From: Dehalococcoidia bacterium
GTDB taxonomy: Bacteria > Chloroflexota > Dehalococcoidia > Lucifugimonadales > UBA3495
Length of the DNA stretch: 62,894 bases
Assembly (NCBI GenBank): GCA_030740155.1
Contig: JASLXV010000077.1
Span: 1 to 62,894 of the forward strand
Direction of reading: 5' to 3'
Part shown: positions 29,579-39,394 of the stretch, one piece after another
Numbering within the stretch: position 1 is the first letter of the stretch
Layout: each line of letters opens with the position of its first letter
Notes under the pieces: generated by a model
Told to the model about the DNA's origin: nothing
Databases searched by the model: none
The model's input: only the letters and a program-made list of their open reading frames with translations
Translations under genes and position numbers: made by a program

Positions 29579-30793
29579 TTATATTATGCCTCGCGCTTTC
29601 AAGCCGGCGAGGGTGCTTTCGTCGTAGCCCAGCATCTCCCGGTACACCTCTTCGTTGTTCTCCCCCAGCATCGGGGGATAGGCCGGCTTCCGTGCCGGGG
29701 TCTCCTCGAACTTGATGCGGGGGGTCAGGGCCGGGAGCTTGCCGTGAACGGGATGGTCCACCTCGTGGAGCATCCCCCGCTCCTTCAGGTGGGGGTGGGT
29801 GGCGATATCGGCCACGGTGTTCACCGGACTGGCGGGCACGCCGGCCCCCGCGAGCAGGTGGAACACATCGTCGCGGGCGCGGTCTTTGACCCACTCCTGG
29901 GCTATCGCATCCAGTTCCTTCTTGTGGCTTACCCGGTCCGCCTCGGTGCGGAACCTTGGGTCGTCCAGCAGTTCCGGCATGCCCATGGTCTCGGCCAAAC
30001 GTTTCCACTGGTTTTCCAGGTCCGCCTGGATGTAGATCCAGCCGTCCTTAGTCCGGTACACATTGTGGAACGCCCGGTCGGCCGACCCGTTGCCCTTTCT
30101 GGTGGCTTCCTCGCCGGTCACGATGTAGTTGGCTAGATCGTAGGCAATCTGCCCCACCAGGCAGTCCATCATGGCGATGTCCACGTGCTCCCCCGTGCCA
30201 TTGGCCTGCTTGCGGTACAGCGCCGCCAATGTCCCCAGGGCGGCATAGGTCCCGGCGACGGCGTCGCCCATGGAACCGGGGGGCCGGAGCGGCGGGCCAT
30301 CGGCAAAGCCGTTCAGGTCCATCCAGCCGGTAAAGCTGAGTACGACGGTATTGTGGGCCGGGTAGTTGGAGAAGCTGGTGTCTTGGCCGTAGCCGCTGAT
30401 CGAGGTGAGGATGATGTCCGGCTTGATCTTTTTCAGATCGTCGTAGCCGAAGCCCATCCGGGCCATGACTCCGGGGCGGAAATTCTCCAGCACCACGTCG
30501 GCCCCTTCGACCATCTTCCGGAAAATGGTTCGCCCCTCCTCCTCGTACATGTTGAGGGTGATGCTCCGCCGGTGGAAGTTCCAGGCGAGGTAGTGCAGGC
30601 CGTCCCTGGCTCCGGAGGCCCCGGCACGTCTCGAATGGTCGCCCGTCCCCGGCGGTTCCACCTTGATCACATCCGCCCCCATCTCTCCGAGGAGCAGGGA
30701 ACAGTAGGGCCCGGCGAGGATGCGGGTCAGGTCGAGGATACGGACGCCCTCGAGATGTGGGGTCCCGTTCCCGGCAGGTTTTGTTACTTCCAT
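29579..30793 (-). CDS. Class III CoA-transferase (CaiB/BaiF)
   Basis: DLTRILAGP, ENFRPG, SISGYGQ, SMGDAVAG. Confidence 0.92.
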   Translation of the reverse strand: MEVTKPAGNGTPHLEGVRILDLTRILAGPYCSLLLGEMGADVIKVEPPGTGDHSRRAGASGARDGLHYLAWNFHRRSITLNMYEEEGRTIFRKMVEGADVVLENFRPGVMARMGFGYDDLKKIKPDIILTSISGYGQDTSFSNYPAHNTVVLSFTGWMDLNGFADGPPLRPPGSMGDAVAGTYAALGTLAALYRKQANGTGEHVDIAMMDCLVGQIAYDLANYIVTGEEATRKGNGSADRAFHNVYRTKDGWIYIQADLENQWKRLAETMGMPELLDDPRFRTEADRVSHKKELDAIAQEWVKDRARDDVFHLLAGAGVPASPVNTVADIATHPHLKERGMLHEVDHPVHGKLPALTPRIKFEETPARKPAYPPMLGENNEEVYREMLGYDESTLAGLKARGII

Positions 30794-30959
30794 TCAGTGT
30801 TCCCCTGCATGTTCTCCGTTCCCGGTGCGGTGCGGATTGGCGACGGGCGCACCCGAAAGTCGAATTCCGGCCCTCGGCGCGCCGGCCGAAAGCCGAGCCC
30901 GGCCTTCATCCGGAACACCTGCCGAAACACCCGGCAAGCCGGGATCGCCGGATGGCGGG

Positions 30960-33719
30960 TCAGTCCAACAGCGCCCGCAGGCGTTGGGGCGTGGCGGGAA
31001 GGTCGTGGATGCGGGCCCCCGTTGCGTCGGCGATGGCGTTGGCGATGGCCGGCGCCACGGGCACCAGGGCGCACTCCGCCGCGCCCTTGGCTCCGAGGCC
31101 CGCCGAAGGGTCCACCAACTCAACCAGCTTGATGACCACCTCGGGGAGTTCCCGCGCGGTGGGGATGCGGTACTGCTTGAAGCCGGCCGTCTCTCCCGGA
31201 CGGTACTCCTCTTTGAGCGCAAAGCCCAGTCCCATGGCGACCGCCCCTTCTATCTGGCCCTTCAGGCCCTCGGGAAAAACGGCTCGTCCCACGTCGTGGG
31301 CGGCCACTATCCGGAGCACCCGCACCTCGCCCTGGGGGCTCACCTCCACCTCCGCCAGGTGGGTGGCTGAGACGTACACCGGAAAGGGGTTCATCTCCCC
31401 GGTCCCCAACTCATGGATAAGGGGCGCGGCATCAAAGACCCCGTTAAAGTCGAGGGGGAGCCTTGCCGAGAGCCTGGCCTCGGCCACCTGAGCCAGGGAG
31501 ACCGACACCTCGGGGGAGCCGTTTCCCCTCGCAAGGGTGACCCGGCCATCCTTCAATTCCAGGTCTTCGGCGGGCCCCTCCAGCATCTCGGACGCCGTGG
31601 AGAGGATGGCCTCCTTGAGCTTGACCGCCCCGTCCCAAGCCGCGTTTCCCACGTAATAGGTAGCCCTGCTGCCTCCGGTGGTGCCCGAGTCAGGCGTAAC
31701 GGCGGTGTCGCCGCTGACCACCGAGACGGACCCCTGGGGCAGCCCCAGCGCCTGGGCGACAATGAGCTGCCACACGGTGTCGGAGCCCTGGCCCAGTTCC
31801 ATGAGCCCGGTGCGGACCCGGACGTTGCCATCGGCCCCAAGCTCCAGGTCCACTCGCCCGGGATCGTGAGTCCGGCCGGCAGACCCGACGCCATAGCGCA
31901 TGGAGGCCATCCCCACCCCGCGACGCCACCGGCCTTCGCTCCGGGGTTTGGCCTGACGGGCCTGCAAAGCTTCCAGGTAGTAGGGCCGGACGGCGTCGAT
32001 GGTGGCCTGGTATGCTGCCTCCTGTTCCACCTGCTGGGGTGTCGCCTCGGTGGGGTCGGACCGGCGGCGGTTCATTTCGCGAAACTTCAGCGGGTCGAGG
32101 CCCAGTTTGGCAGCCATGATGTCCATTTGGGACTCGATGGCGAATACCGCCTGGGGTGCTCCGAATCCTCGCATGGACCCCGCCGGGATGTTGTTGGTGT
32201 ACACGGTCTTTCCGCGGATCGACGCGTTGGCGAAACGGTAGGGGCTCCCCAAGGAGAGCCCGGACCGGACGAACACCGCCGGTCCCGAATGGGCGTAGGC
32301 TCCGGTATCGGCCAGAAACTCGACATCCAGGGCGGTGAGCCTGCCATTCTTTTTTACGCCGGTGCGGCAATGGATCCGGAAGGGGTGACGCTTGTAGGTG
32401 AAAGCGAAGGTCTCGGCGCGAGTATAGACCAGCTTCACCGGCCGGCCCGTCTTCAGCGCCAGGAGGGCCACAATGCAGTGGGGAGTGGCGTCGTTTTTGC
32501 CGCCGAAGGCGCCGCCGACGACGGTGGGAAGGACCTGGACCCGCTCTTCGGGAAGGGCCAGGTTCTCGGCAATGGCCTTTTGCAGCATGAAGGAGTATTG
32601 GGTGGAAGTGCGAACCACGAGCACCCCGCCGTCGCCCACATAGGCCAGCACCGCATCCGGCTCCAGGTAGCCCTGTTCGATCCAGGGAGTGGTGTACGTT
32701 TCCTCCACCACCAGGTCGGCCTCGGCCAGGCCGGCCTCCACGTCGCCCCAGCCATGGGCCCCCTCGGACAAGAGGTTACCGCTTTCGTGGATCTGGGGGG
32801 CGTTTTCCTCCAGCGCCCCGGCGGGGTCCAGGACCGCCGGCAGGGGCTTGTAGGTCACCCGCAGCAGGGAGACCGCTTGGGCCGCGGCCTCCGGCGAGGT
32901 GGCGGCCACGGCGGCCACCGGGTCTCCGATCTGGCGCACCCGGCCGTCGGCCAGCACGGGCTGGTCCTTGACCGCTCGCCCGTAACGGTTCGGTCCGGGT
33001 ACATCCTTCTCCGTGACCACGGCCACCACGCCGGGCACCGCTCTGGCCTCGGTATCGTCGATGCTGACGACATCGGCGTGGGGATGAGGGCTCCGCAGTA
33101 TCGCCCCGTGGAGCATGCCCTCCATGGTCAGGTCGGCGGCATAGAGGGCCGTCCCCAACACCTTGTCCCGGGCGTCATCCCTTGGGTGGGTTTCACCGGG
33201 CGGCCGCGCCGGCTCGGGAGAGTCTCCCCGGCCGCCACCGGCAACCCGGGCGATGGCGTCGACGATGCTGACGTAGCCGGTGCAGCGGCACAGGTTGCCC
33301 CCAAGGGCCTTGACAATCTGCGGCCGGGTGGGAGCCGGGTTGCGATCCAGCAGGGCCTTGGCCGCCAGGATCATCCCCGGCGTGCAGAAGCCGCACTGGA
33401 CCGCGTCGGCCTCGATGAAGGCTTCCTGCAGGGGGTGGAGCCGATCCGAGCCGCCCAAGCCTCCACCCAATCCTTCAATGGTGACGACCTCCAGGCCCTC
33501 GGCCCGCCGCAACGACACGCGGCAGGCTCGGGCCATGCGGCCGTTGGCGGTGACGGTGCAGGTGCCGCAGGTGCCGTCGTCACACCCGCGCTTGGCGCCG
33601 GTCAATCCGAGGTCGTCACGCAGCACCTCCAGGAGGGTGTGCCGCGGCTTCACCTGGATCTTATGTTCCACCCCATTGACCCGTAGGGTCAGGGGGACAG
33701 TACCGGTTGTTCGGGGCAT
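30960..33719 (-). CDS. Single-chain aldehyde oxidoreductase/xanthine dehydrogenase-family molybdoenzyme (2x[2Fe-2S] + Mo domain, no FAD domain)
   Basis: GCDDGTCGTC, QCGFCTPG, GNLCRCTGY; VGGAFGGK, MRGFGAPQ, ELGQG, GGSR, GAKGAAE. Confidence 0.93.
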   Translation of the reverse strand: MPRTTGTVPLTLRVNGVEHKIQVKPRHTLLEVLRDDLGLTGAKRGCDDGTCGTCTVTANGRMARACRVSLRRAEGLEVVTIEGLGGGLGGSDRLHPLQEAFIEADAVQCGFCTPGMILAAKALLDRNPAPTRPQIVKALGGNLCRCTGYVSIVDAIARVAGGGRGDSPEPARPPGETHPRDDARDKVLGTALYAADLTMEGMLHGAILRSPHPHADVVSIDDTEARAVPGVVAVVTEKDVPGPNRYGRAVKDQPVLADGRVRQIGDPVAAVAATSPEAAAQAVSLLRVTYKPLPAVLDPAGALEENAPQIHESGNLLSEGAHGWGDVEAGLAEADLVVEETYTTPWIEQGYLEPDAVLAYVGDGGVLVVRTSTQYSFMLQKAIAENLALPEERVQVLPTVVGGAFGGKNDATPHCIVALLALKTGRPVKLVYTRAETFAFTYKRHPFRIHCRTGVKKNGRLTALDVEFLADTGAYAHSGPAVFVRSGLSLGSPYRFANASIRGKTVYTNNIPAGSMRGFGAPQAVFAIESQMDIMAAKLGLDPLKFREMNRRRSDPTEATPQQVEQEAAYQATIDAVRPYYLEALQARQAKPRSEGRWRRGVGMASMRYGVGSAGRTHDPGRVDLELGADGNVRVRTGLMELGQGSDTVWQLIVAQALGLPQGSVSVVSGDTAVTPDSGTTGGSRATYYVGNAAWDGAVKLKEAILSTASEMLEGPAEDLELKDGRVTLARGNGSPEVSVSLAQVAEARLSARLPLDFNGVFDAAPLIHELGTGEMNPFPVYVSATHLAEVEVSPQGEVRVLRIVAAHDVGRAVFPEGLKGQIEGAVAMGLGFALKEEYRPGETAGFKQYRIPTARELPEVVIKLVELVDPSAGLGAKGAAECALVPVAPAIANAIADATGARIHDLPATPQRLRALLD

Positions 33720-33901
33720 GCTTCTCCCTCCTCCGGGCCCTTCTCAGCTCCGCCGCCTGCCGGGTCCGGGCCGGAGGCCACAGGCTTTCTCGCCTTTGGA
33801 ACGGCTTCTGAATTGGAAGAAGCGCTGCCGCTGGGCTTCAGTCCGGACCGCGTTCTCGAGGTGATCACTCAGCCGGTGACGGGGAGGTCTTGAGTGGCCG
33901 G

Positions 33902-33930
33902 AGTATATGAAGAAAACGCTGGACTGTCAA
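33902..33930 (-). promoter_or_regulatory. Near-consensus sigma70 promoter for the molybdoenzyme operon
   Basis: Minus strand TTGACA-17 nt-TATACT. Confidence 0.7.
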
Positions 33931-33971
33931 CGTGTGGACCGCGCCGGCGGAACGCCGCGAAGCCCCGCGCT

Positions 33972-34038
33972 CGTCTTTCCGGCGAAGGCCGGAATCCAGA
34001 GAAGCGCCGGCTGGATCCCGGCCTTCGCCGGGATGACG
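33972..34038. repeat. REP-like palindrome (GTC.TTCCGGCGAAGGCCGGAATCCAG...CTGGATCCCGGCCTTCGCCGGGATGAC)
   Basis: Long imperfect inverted repeat with self-complementary arms. Confidence 0.7.
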
Positions 34039-34282
34039 GAGCGGCGATCGAGCCACTTACGGGTCACACGTACCCAGTCAAACCAGCGTTGACATTGGTC
34101 ATTCAGAGCCCTTCGGCCCGGCTCAGCATGACATTCTGTAATTACCAATCTGACCGAGCACTGAACTCGGCTGCCCCCAGCCTTCACCCGTCTTCAGTGT
34201 GGGCTCAGATCGAAGATGGCAACATTCTCGGAGGGCGCGGTGTTACACATCTGAAGCGTTCCCCGGTCCAGCGGCCCGCGGG

Positions 34283-35485
34283 CTAGCCCAGGTCGCCGAA
34301 ATAGCCCGACCGCACGGCCCACAGCCAGAGGTAGACGATCCGCTCGTTGTGGAGCGCCCAGTGGCCCATGTGCGTGAACTTGGGCAGCAGCACCAGGTGG
34401 GCGCCCTTGGTCTTTTCGGCGTACAGCTTGGTGATGAAATACTCCTGCTTGTCCTCCACCCGCTTCCCGATCTTCCAGTGGAGCTTGTCGTTCTCCCCGT
34501 CGATGAGCAGGACCTTGATGCCCTCGAGGAGTTCCAGGTCCGGCTCGTCGAAGTGCCGGAAGTACTCCCCCGGCGGCAGACCGGTGAGTTTCCGGTATTC
34601 ATCCAGCACCTCGGGGTCTCCCAGGTGCTGGGTGTTTTGCAGGGCGGGATTGAAGGTCGGAGTCGTGTCCTCTGTAAGCTCGAAACGCTCCTCCAGGCCG
34701 CCCCAAGGGGTCAACTCCGGAATGTCCTCGTACCCGGAAGAGTGGCGGTACTCGTCCACGGTGCGGTAGGTAATCTCGGAGAGGCCGGTCTTTCTGGACA
34801 AGGGGCCGCCCTGGGGCTTGGTTTCCTGGCGCAACTGCAGCAGCCATCCGTCGGGGCCGCCGCTGGCCCAGCCCACGATGCCGGCCACCTCCGCGTTGGT
34901 GACCTGCTCGGCCAGGCTCACCGCCATGGGCCCCCCGGTGGAATGTCCCATGACGAAGAGCTTCTGTCCCGCCAGGTGCTCGTCGACCAGGAGGGTGATG
35001 CCTTGCACGTATACCTGGTAGGTGGCCTTGAGGAGCCGGTCCTCAAGCTCCTCCTCGCCGATGGTCTGGTCCAGCAGGTAGAAGGGTTTCCGCTGGGTGA
35101 CGGGCTTCTCCCACCGGCCGCCCGGCGGCCAGAGCCCCGGATAGCTGGGGGTCAGGACCCGGAAGCCCTGGGCCGCAAGCACGCTGGCCAGGCCCGGCCG
35201 GCCGTCAGGCGTGACCTGGAAATCAAGCTCGTTGACACCTCCGCCGTGGATCAGGACGAATGAGTAGCCCGGTATCGCTTCCTTGGCGGGGGTGTATACC
35301 GTGCCGTGGATGTCCCAGTCGTAGCCGTTGCGCTGGAACCGGGCGGTTACCTCCTGGCGCTGAAACTCGGTCTCAGGGTAGGGAGGCCCGATGGCGAGGA
35401 AAGTGTTCCACTCCAGAGGGATCAGCAAGTCCTCCCCGCTCAGCTGAGCAATATAGCCTTCTACAGCCGGGTTTGCCACAGTCAT
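34283..35485 (-). CDS. Alpha/beta-hydrolase fold protein
   Basis: LIHGGG, nucleophile elbow GHSTGG, acid in GEND, C-terminal His in HMGH. Confidence 0.85.
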   Translation of the reverse strand: MTVANPAVEGYIAQLSGEDLLIPLEWNTFLAIGPPYPETEFQRQEVTARFQRNGYDWDIHGTVYTPAKEAIPGYSFVLIHGGGVNELDFQVTPDGRPGLASVLAAQGFRVLTPSYPGLWPPGGRWEKPVTQRKPFYLLDQTIGEEELEDRLLKATYQVYVQGITLLVDEHLAGQKLFVMGHSTGGPMAVSLAEQVTNAEVAGIVGWASGGPDGWLLQLRQETKPQGGPLSRKTGLSEITYRTVDEYRHSSGYEDIPELTPWGGLEERFELTEDTTPTFNPALQNTQHLGDPEVLDEYRKLTGLPPGEYFRHFDEPDLELLEGIKVLLIDGENDKLHWKIGKRVEDKQEYFITKLYAEKTKGAHLVLLPKFTHMGHWALHNERIVYLWLWAVRSGYFGDLG

Positions 35486-35497
35486 GATTCCGTGCTC

Positions 35498-36412
35498 CTA
35501 CCCTCGGCCTAGCTTCGAATACCAGTCAACTATTTCGGAGCCGGTTGCCTTCCACACGCCGTCCCGTCCGCAAATGTGGGCCAGTATCTGGTCCAGGTAC
35601 TTGAGGCGGTAGGGTTGGCCCATCACGTACGGATGGAGATTGAGCATCAGCAGGCGCCCGCTTTCCGCCCCATCCCGGTGCAGGACGTCGAAGGTGTCCT
35701 TGGCGATCTCGGCGTAGTCCATGATGGCCATGCTGCGCAGTCCAAGGGCCTTGTCGTCGTCCAGTTCGACGGTCACGGGAAGGGAGTACATCGTCCCCCC
35801 CTTCACTCGCATCGCATAGGGCTGCTCGTCGTTGGGCCAGTCGCAGGTGTACCGGATGCCCTGTTCAGCCAGAAGGTTGGGAGTCCGCGCCGACTCGCTG
35901 TATTCGATCCCAAACCAACCGGCCGGCTTCTCCCCAGTCGCCTTCTCGACGGCCTGCACGCTGGTCCGGATGTGGTCCCGTTCCTGTTCCTCCGACATCA
36001 ACGAGGTGATCAAGCGGCGGGCGGTTATGCCGTGGGCCATGAATTCCCAACCGCGCTTCTGGCACTCCTTCACCAGGAACGGGTTGTGGCCGGCGACGGT
36101 CGCGTCCAGGGCCGCGGTAGCCCGTATCCCGTACTTGTCCAGGAGCTTCATGATCCCGAAGACCCCGACCCGGTTGCCGTACTCCCGGTAGGAGAACGAG
36201 CTGATGTCCGGCGCGGGCCGGATCCGCGGCGGGCCATATCGGAGCTTGAGGGTATATGCGTCCTCCGGGGGAATTAGCTCGTAATGCTCCAGGTTGACGA
36301 TGACGCAAAAGGCAACGTTGGCGGCGTAGGGCCATTCCAGCCGGGGCCGGCTGGTGATGGATGAGAAGTCGTAGTAGTCGTGGTCCATCCCTGGCGTTCG
36401 CAGAAGTGGCAT
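35498..36412 (-). CDS. Polysaccharide deacetylase / PuuE-like protein, copy 2
   Basis: RPRLEWP, NLEHY, YREYGNRVG, WEFMAHG, DWPNDEQPY, LHPYVMGQP; start at ATG 36412. Confidence 0.9.
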   Translation of the reverse strand: MPLLRTPGMDHDYYDFSSITSRPRLEWPYAANVAFCVIVNLEHYELIPPEDAYTLKLRYGPPRIRPAPDISSFSYREYGNRVGVFGIMKLLDKYGIRATAALDATVAGHNPFLVKECQKRGWEFMAHGITARRLITSLMSEEQERDHIRTSVQAVEKATGEKPAGWFGIEYSESARTPNLLAEQGIRYTCDWPNDEQPYAMRVKGGTMYSLPVTVELDDDKALGLRSMAIMDYAEIAKDTFDVLHRDGAESGRLLMLNLHPYVMGQPYRLKYLDQILAHICGRDGVWKATGSEIVDWYSKLGRG

Positions 36413-36474
36413 AGTCCTTCCTCTCTCGATGCTGATACGAGCAAGATTTTCGGGCCTGGGGGCCGGTCCATGCT

Positions 36475-37401
36475 CTAAACGGGGTTTAGCTCCGCCCGCC
36501 GGTCCTCCAGGTAGGCCAGAACCTGGTCGTAGTAGTTCTCCATGTAGTAGTCGGCGATTTCGTCGGCGGTCGTTTTCCACACGCCATCGTGGGACAGGAT
36601 GTAATCCAGAATCTCGTCCAGGTACTTGATCCGGTGGGGCGCTCCGATGTAGAACGGGTGCAGCGCGATACACATGACCCGGCCGCTCTCAGCTCCCTGC
36701 TCGTACAGGACATCGAACTGGTCCTTACATATCTGGGCGAAGTATTTGCCGTCGGTGCCGTTTTCCATGGCCGCGGCGCTGTCGTTCACCTCGAGGGTAT
36801 AGGGCAGAGAGATAAGTTTACCCTTTTTCACCTTGAGGGGGAACGGCTGGTCGTCGTGGAACCAGTCGGTGTGGTAGATGAGGCCGGCTTCCGCCATCAG
36901 GTCGGGCGTGTCGATGGTGTGGGAGATGGCCGGGCCCAGCATGCCCTTCAACTGCTTGCCGGTCTGCTTCTTCAGCGTATCGATGATGTCCCGGTAGAAC
37001 TCCCGCTCTGCGTCGTTGGACATCCCGGTGAGGACGTTGTTGTTGTAGATGCCGTGGGACATGTAGTCCCAGTCGCGGGCGACCATGGCGTCCCGGATTT
37101 CGGGGAAGTGGTCCAGGACCGCCTCGTTGAGCGACGCGGTGCATCTGATCTGATACTTGTCTATCACCTCAAGCATCCGCCAGAAGGCGACGCGGTTTCC
37201 GTAGTCGCGGGTCCGGTAGCGCTGCATGTTTGGCGAGGGCAAGGTCACGCTGCCGACCGGGAACAGCCGTGGGTTGGGCGCCGGGTCATACTCCATGTAC
37301 TCCACGTTGGGGGAGAGCCAGAATGCCACCCGGGCGTTATCGGGCCAGGAAATGATGGGGCGGTCGATGATTGGGGAGTACTCGAATCGGTCAGGTTCCA
37401 T
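36475..37401 (-). CDS. Polysaccharide deacetylase / PuuE-like protein, copy 1
   Basis: YSPIIDRPIISWP, RDYGNRVAFWR, DWFHDDQPF, IALHPFYIGAPHRIKY; start at ATG 37401. Confidence 0.9.
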   Translation of the reverse strand: MEPDRFEYSPIIDRPIISWPDNARVAFWLSPNVEYMEYDPAPNPRLFPVGSVTLPSPNMQRYRTRDYGNRVAFWRMLEVIDKYQIRCTASLNEAVLDHFPEIRDAMVARDWDYMSHGIYNNNVLTGMSNDAEREFYRDIIDTLKKQTGKQLKGMLGPAISHTIDTPDLMAEAGLIYHTDWFHDDQPFPLKVKKGKLISLPYTLEVNDSAAAMENGTDGKYFAQICKDQFDVLYEQGAESGRVMCIALHPFYIGAPHRIKYLDEILDYILSHDGVWKTTADEIADYYMENYYDQVLAYLEDRRAELNPV

Positions 37402-37578
37402 CGTCTTCCTCCTGTTCGTGGCTAAGGGACCGGGTGGGCCGCCGGCTCCGCGGCCCAGTCGGGGCTCGAGTCTCGGAGTGGAGTTTATCGCAGGTAAAGT
37501 TCCAGTGGTTAGCATTGTACGCCAAATATCGGCTGGCGAAAGCCGGGCTCTCACCCAGCCCAGGCTGCGCCTGGGCAT

Positions 37579-37612
37579 CCATCTCCTGTGGGAGAGGGAA
37601 CGAGGGTGAGGG
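37579..37612. repeat. REP-like element (reverse complement of CCCTCACCC...CTCTCCC type)
   Basis: ccatctcctgtgggagagggaacgagggtgaggg. Confidence 0.4.
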
Positions 37613-37705
37613 CGGCCTCTGTTCACTGTGGTGGATTTATTGTATCGTGAGTGGGTAACCCGGCCGGCCCGGCCCCCTCAAATCAGTTGGCAATTGGTGT
37701 GCGCT

Positions 37706-38605
37706 ATGAGTGTAACTGGCAAGAACGGACCTTCAATTCTGGACCGGCTGGCCCGAGGTGACCGGCTCATTTCCGACGGCGGCGCCGGGACCTACCTCCA
37801 GGGCCACGGCCTGGCGCCCGGCGCCTGCCCCGAGGAGTTCAACGTCAGCCGCCCCGAGGTGGTCCAAGGCATGGCCCGCGCCTACTTCGAGGCCGGGTCT
37901 GACCTGGTCCTGACCAACACCTTTGGCGCCAACCGTTTTATGTTGGAGAAGCACGGCCACGGAGACCGGGTGCCTGAGTTCAACCGGCTGGGAGCCCAGC
38001 TTGCGCGCAGCCAAGCGCCACCGGGCAGCTACGTTTTTGGGTCTGTCGGACCCACGGGCCAATTCCTGGAGCCCCTGGGAGAGGTCAGCGAGGCGGAGAT
38101 GCTGGACGTCTTCGTGGAGCAGGTCACCGCCCTGGAAGAGGGGGGCGTCGACGGCGTGGTCGTCGAGACCATGACGGCAGTGGAAGAGGCGGCCCTGGCC
38201 ATCAGAGCGGCCAGGGAGAATACCGGCCTGGTGGTGGCGTCGACGATGGTGTTCGACAAAGGTCCACGGGGCTTTTTCACCATGATGGGTGTGACCCCGG
38301 ACCGAGCGCTCAAGGCGTCGTTAGAGGCAGGGGCCCACATTACCGGCGCCAACTGCGGCAACGGCATCGAGGTGATGGTCGAGCTGGCCAGGGAGCTGCG
38401 TCAGGCAACCGGCGGCTACCTGCTGATCCACTCCAACGCCGGCATTCCCCTTCTCAGGGACGGAGAGGTTGTGTATCCCGAGACGCCCGAGTACATGGGG
38501 GAGCACTTCAAAATCCTCGCCGACATCGGCATCAACATCATCGGTGGGTGCTGCGGGACCGGCCCGCAGCACATTTGCGCTCTGGCCGCTGCGTTGAGAG
38601 GCTAG
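37706..38605 (+). CDS. Stand-alone homocysteine S-methyltransferase domain (MetH N-terminal module)
   Basis: DGGAGT, TNTFGA, GSVGPTG, ETM, Zn ligands in GANC and GGCCGT. Confidence 0.92.
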   Translation: MSVTGKNGPSILDRLARGDRLISDGGAGTYLQGHGLAPGACPEEFNVSRPEVVQGMARAYFEAGSDLVLTNTFGANRFMLEKHGHGDRVPEFNRLGAQLARSQAPPGSYVFGSVGPTGQFLEPLGEVSEAEMLDVFVEQVTALEEGGVDGVVVETMTAVEEAALAIRAARENTGLVVASTMVFDKGPRGFFTMMGVTPDRALKASLEAGAHITGANCGNGIEVMVELARELRQATGGYLLIHSNAGIPLLRDGEVVYPETPEYMGEHFKILADIGINIIGGCCGTGPQHICALAAALRG

Positions 38606-38613
38606 GTAAGACG

Positions 38614-39294
38614 ATGGCGCCAGCCGGGGGAGCGGAGCCGTCTCGGGTGGCCGGCGTCATCCAGCGATACGGGTCATGCGTCGAGCTGGTGCCGGTGGAC
38701 CCCCATTTTCATCAAATCAGCCTGGGCCTGTACGTGAGGGACGGCACCTACACCGTCTGGACGTTCAGCCAGAAACCGGGGGCCCAGGATCGGGTGGAGC
38801 AGGTACGGGACCAGCTCGTAGCCCAGGGTGGCCTGGCCCCGGTGGAGGGGACCCACAACCGGGCAAGGTTTCTCTGCGGATACTTCCACCGGCGGGCGGT
38901 GAAGTTCCTGATGTCGCGGGCGGTGAGTTGGAAACCCGGCCAAGCTCCGGCCGAGGGCCGTTTGTCGGTTGCCGATACCAGGAGCGCGCTGACCCTGATC
39001 GTCGAGGGCAGACCCGAGAAGGCGGGTTGGGTCTACCAGGTATCGGGCGAGGGAGAGGCTCCCAATCTCCCGGCGCGGCTGCGAATGGTCGCCTCGGGGT
39101 TTGTGCGCTACGGCGAAATGGAAAAGGTCAGCGACACCGAGGTAACCTTCCCCTGCGGCAGCCGCCACGACGGGTTGATGCGCCTGCTGCTGCCCTACTC
39201 CCGCAACGTGAGCGCCGCGGAGAGTATGATGGAGGCTGAGGCTCAACGCGGCCAGATGACCACCGGCACCCTCGGCTTCTCACCCACCCCCTGA
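38614..39294 (+). CDS. Hypothetical protein within the methyl-transfer cluster
   Basis: Protein-like 226-aa ORF starting 8 nt after the previous stop; two similar halves ending in FLCG and FPCG; no family recognised. Confidence 0.75.
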   Translation: MAPAGGAEPSRVAGVIQRYGSCVELVPVDPHFHQISLGLYVRDGTYTVWTFSQKPGAQDRVEQVRDQLVAQGGLAPVEGTHNRARFLCGYFHRRAVKFLMSRAVSWKPGQAPAEGRLSVADTRSALTLIVEGRPEKAGWVYQVSGEGEAPNLPARLRMVASGFVRYGEMEKVSDTEVTFPCGSRHDGLMRLLLPYSRNVSAAESMMEAEAQRGQMTTGTLGFSPTP

Positions 39295-39394
39295 AAATTG
39301 AATACAATACCGAAGCAACCAAGACAGAAGTCCCCCTTTGGTAAAGGGGGATTAGGGGGATTTCGCATGCCAATCGGGTTCAGCCGTCTATTCA

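Noticed and set aside
31413..33686. 757-aa plus-strand ORF and other long antisense ORFs (e.g. 7052-8221, 13533-14942, 34199-35263, 48868-49890)
   Set aside because: Shadow ORFs opposite well-supported genes in GC-rich DNA; no motifs.
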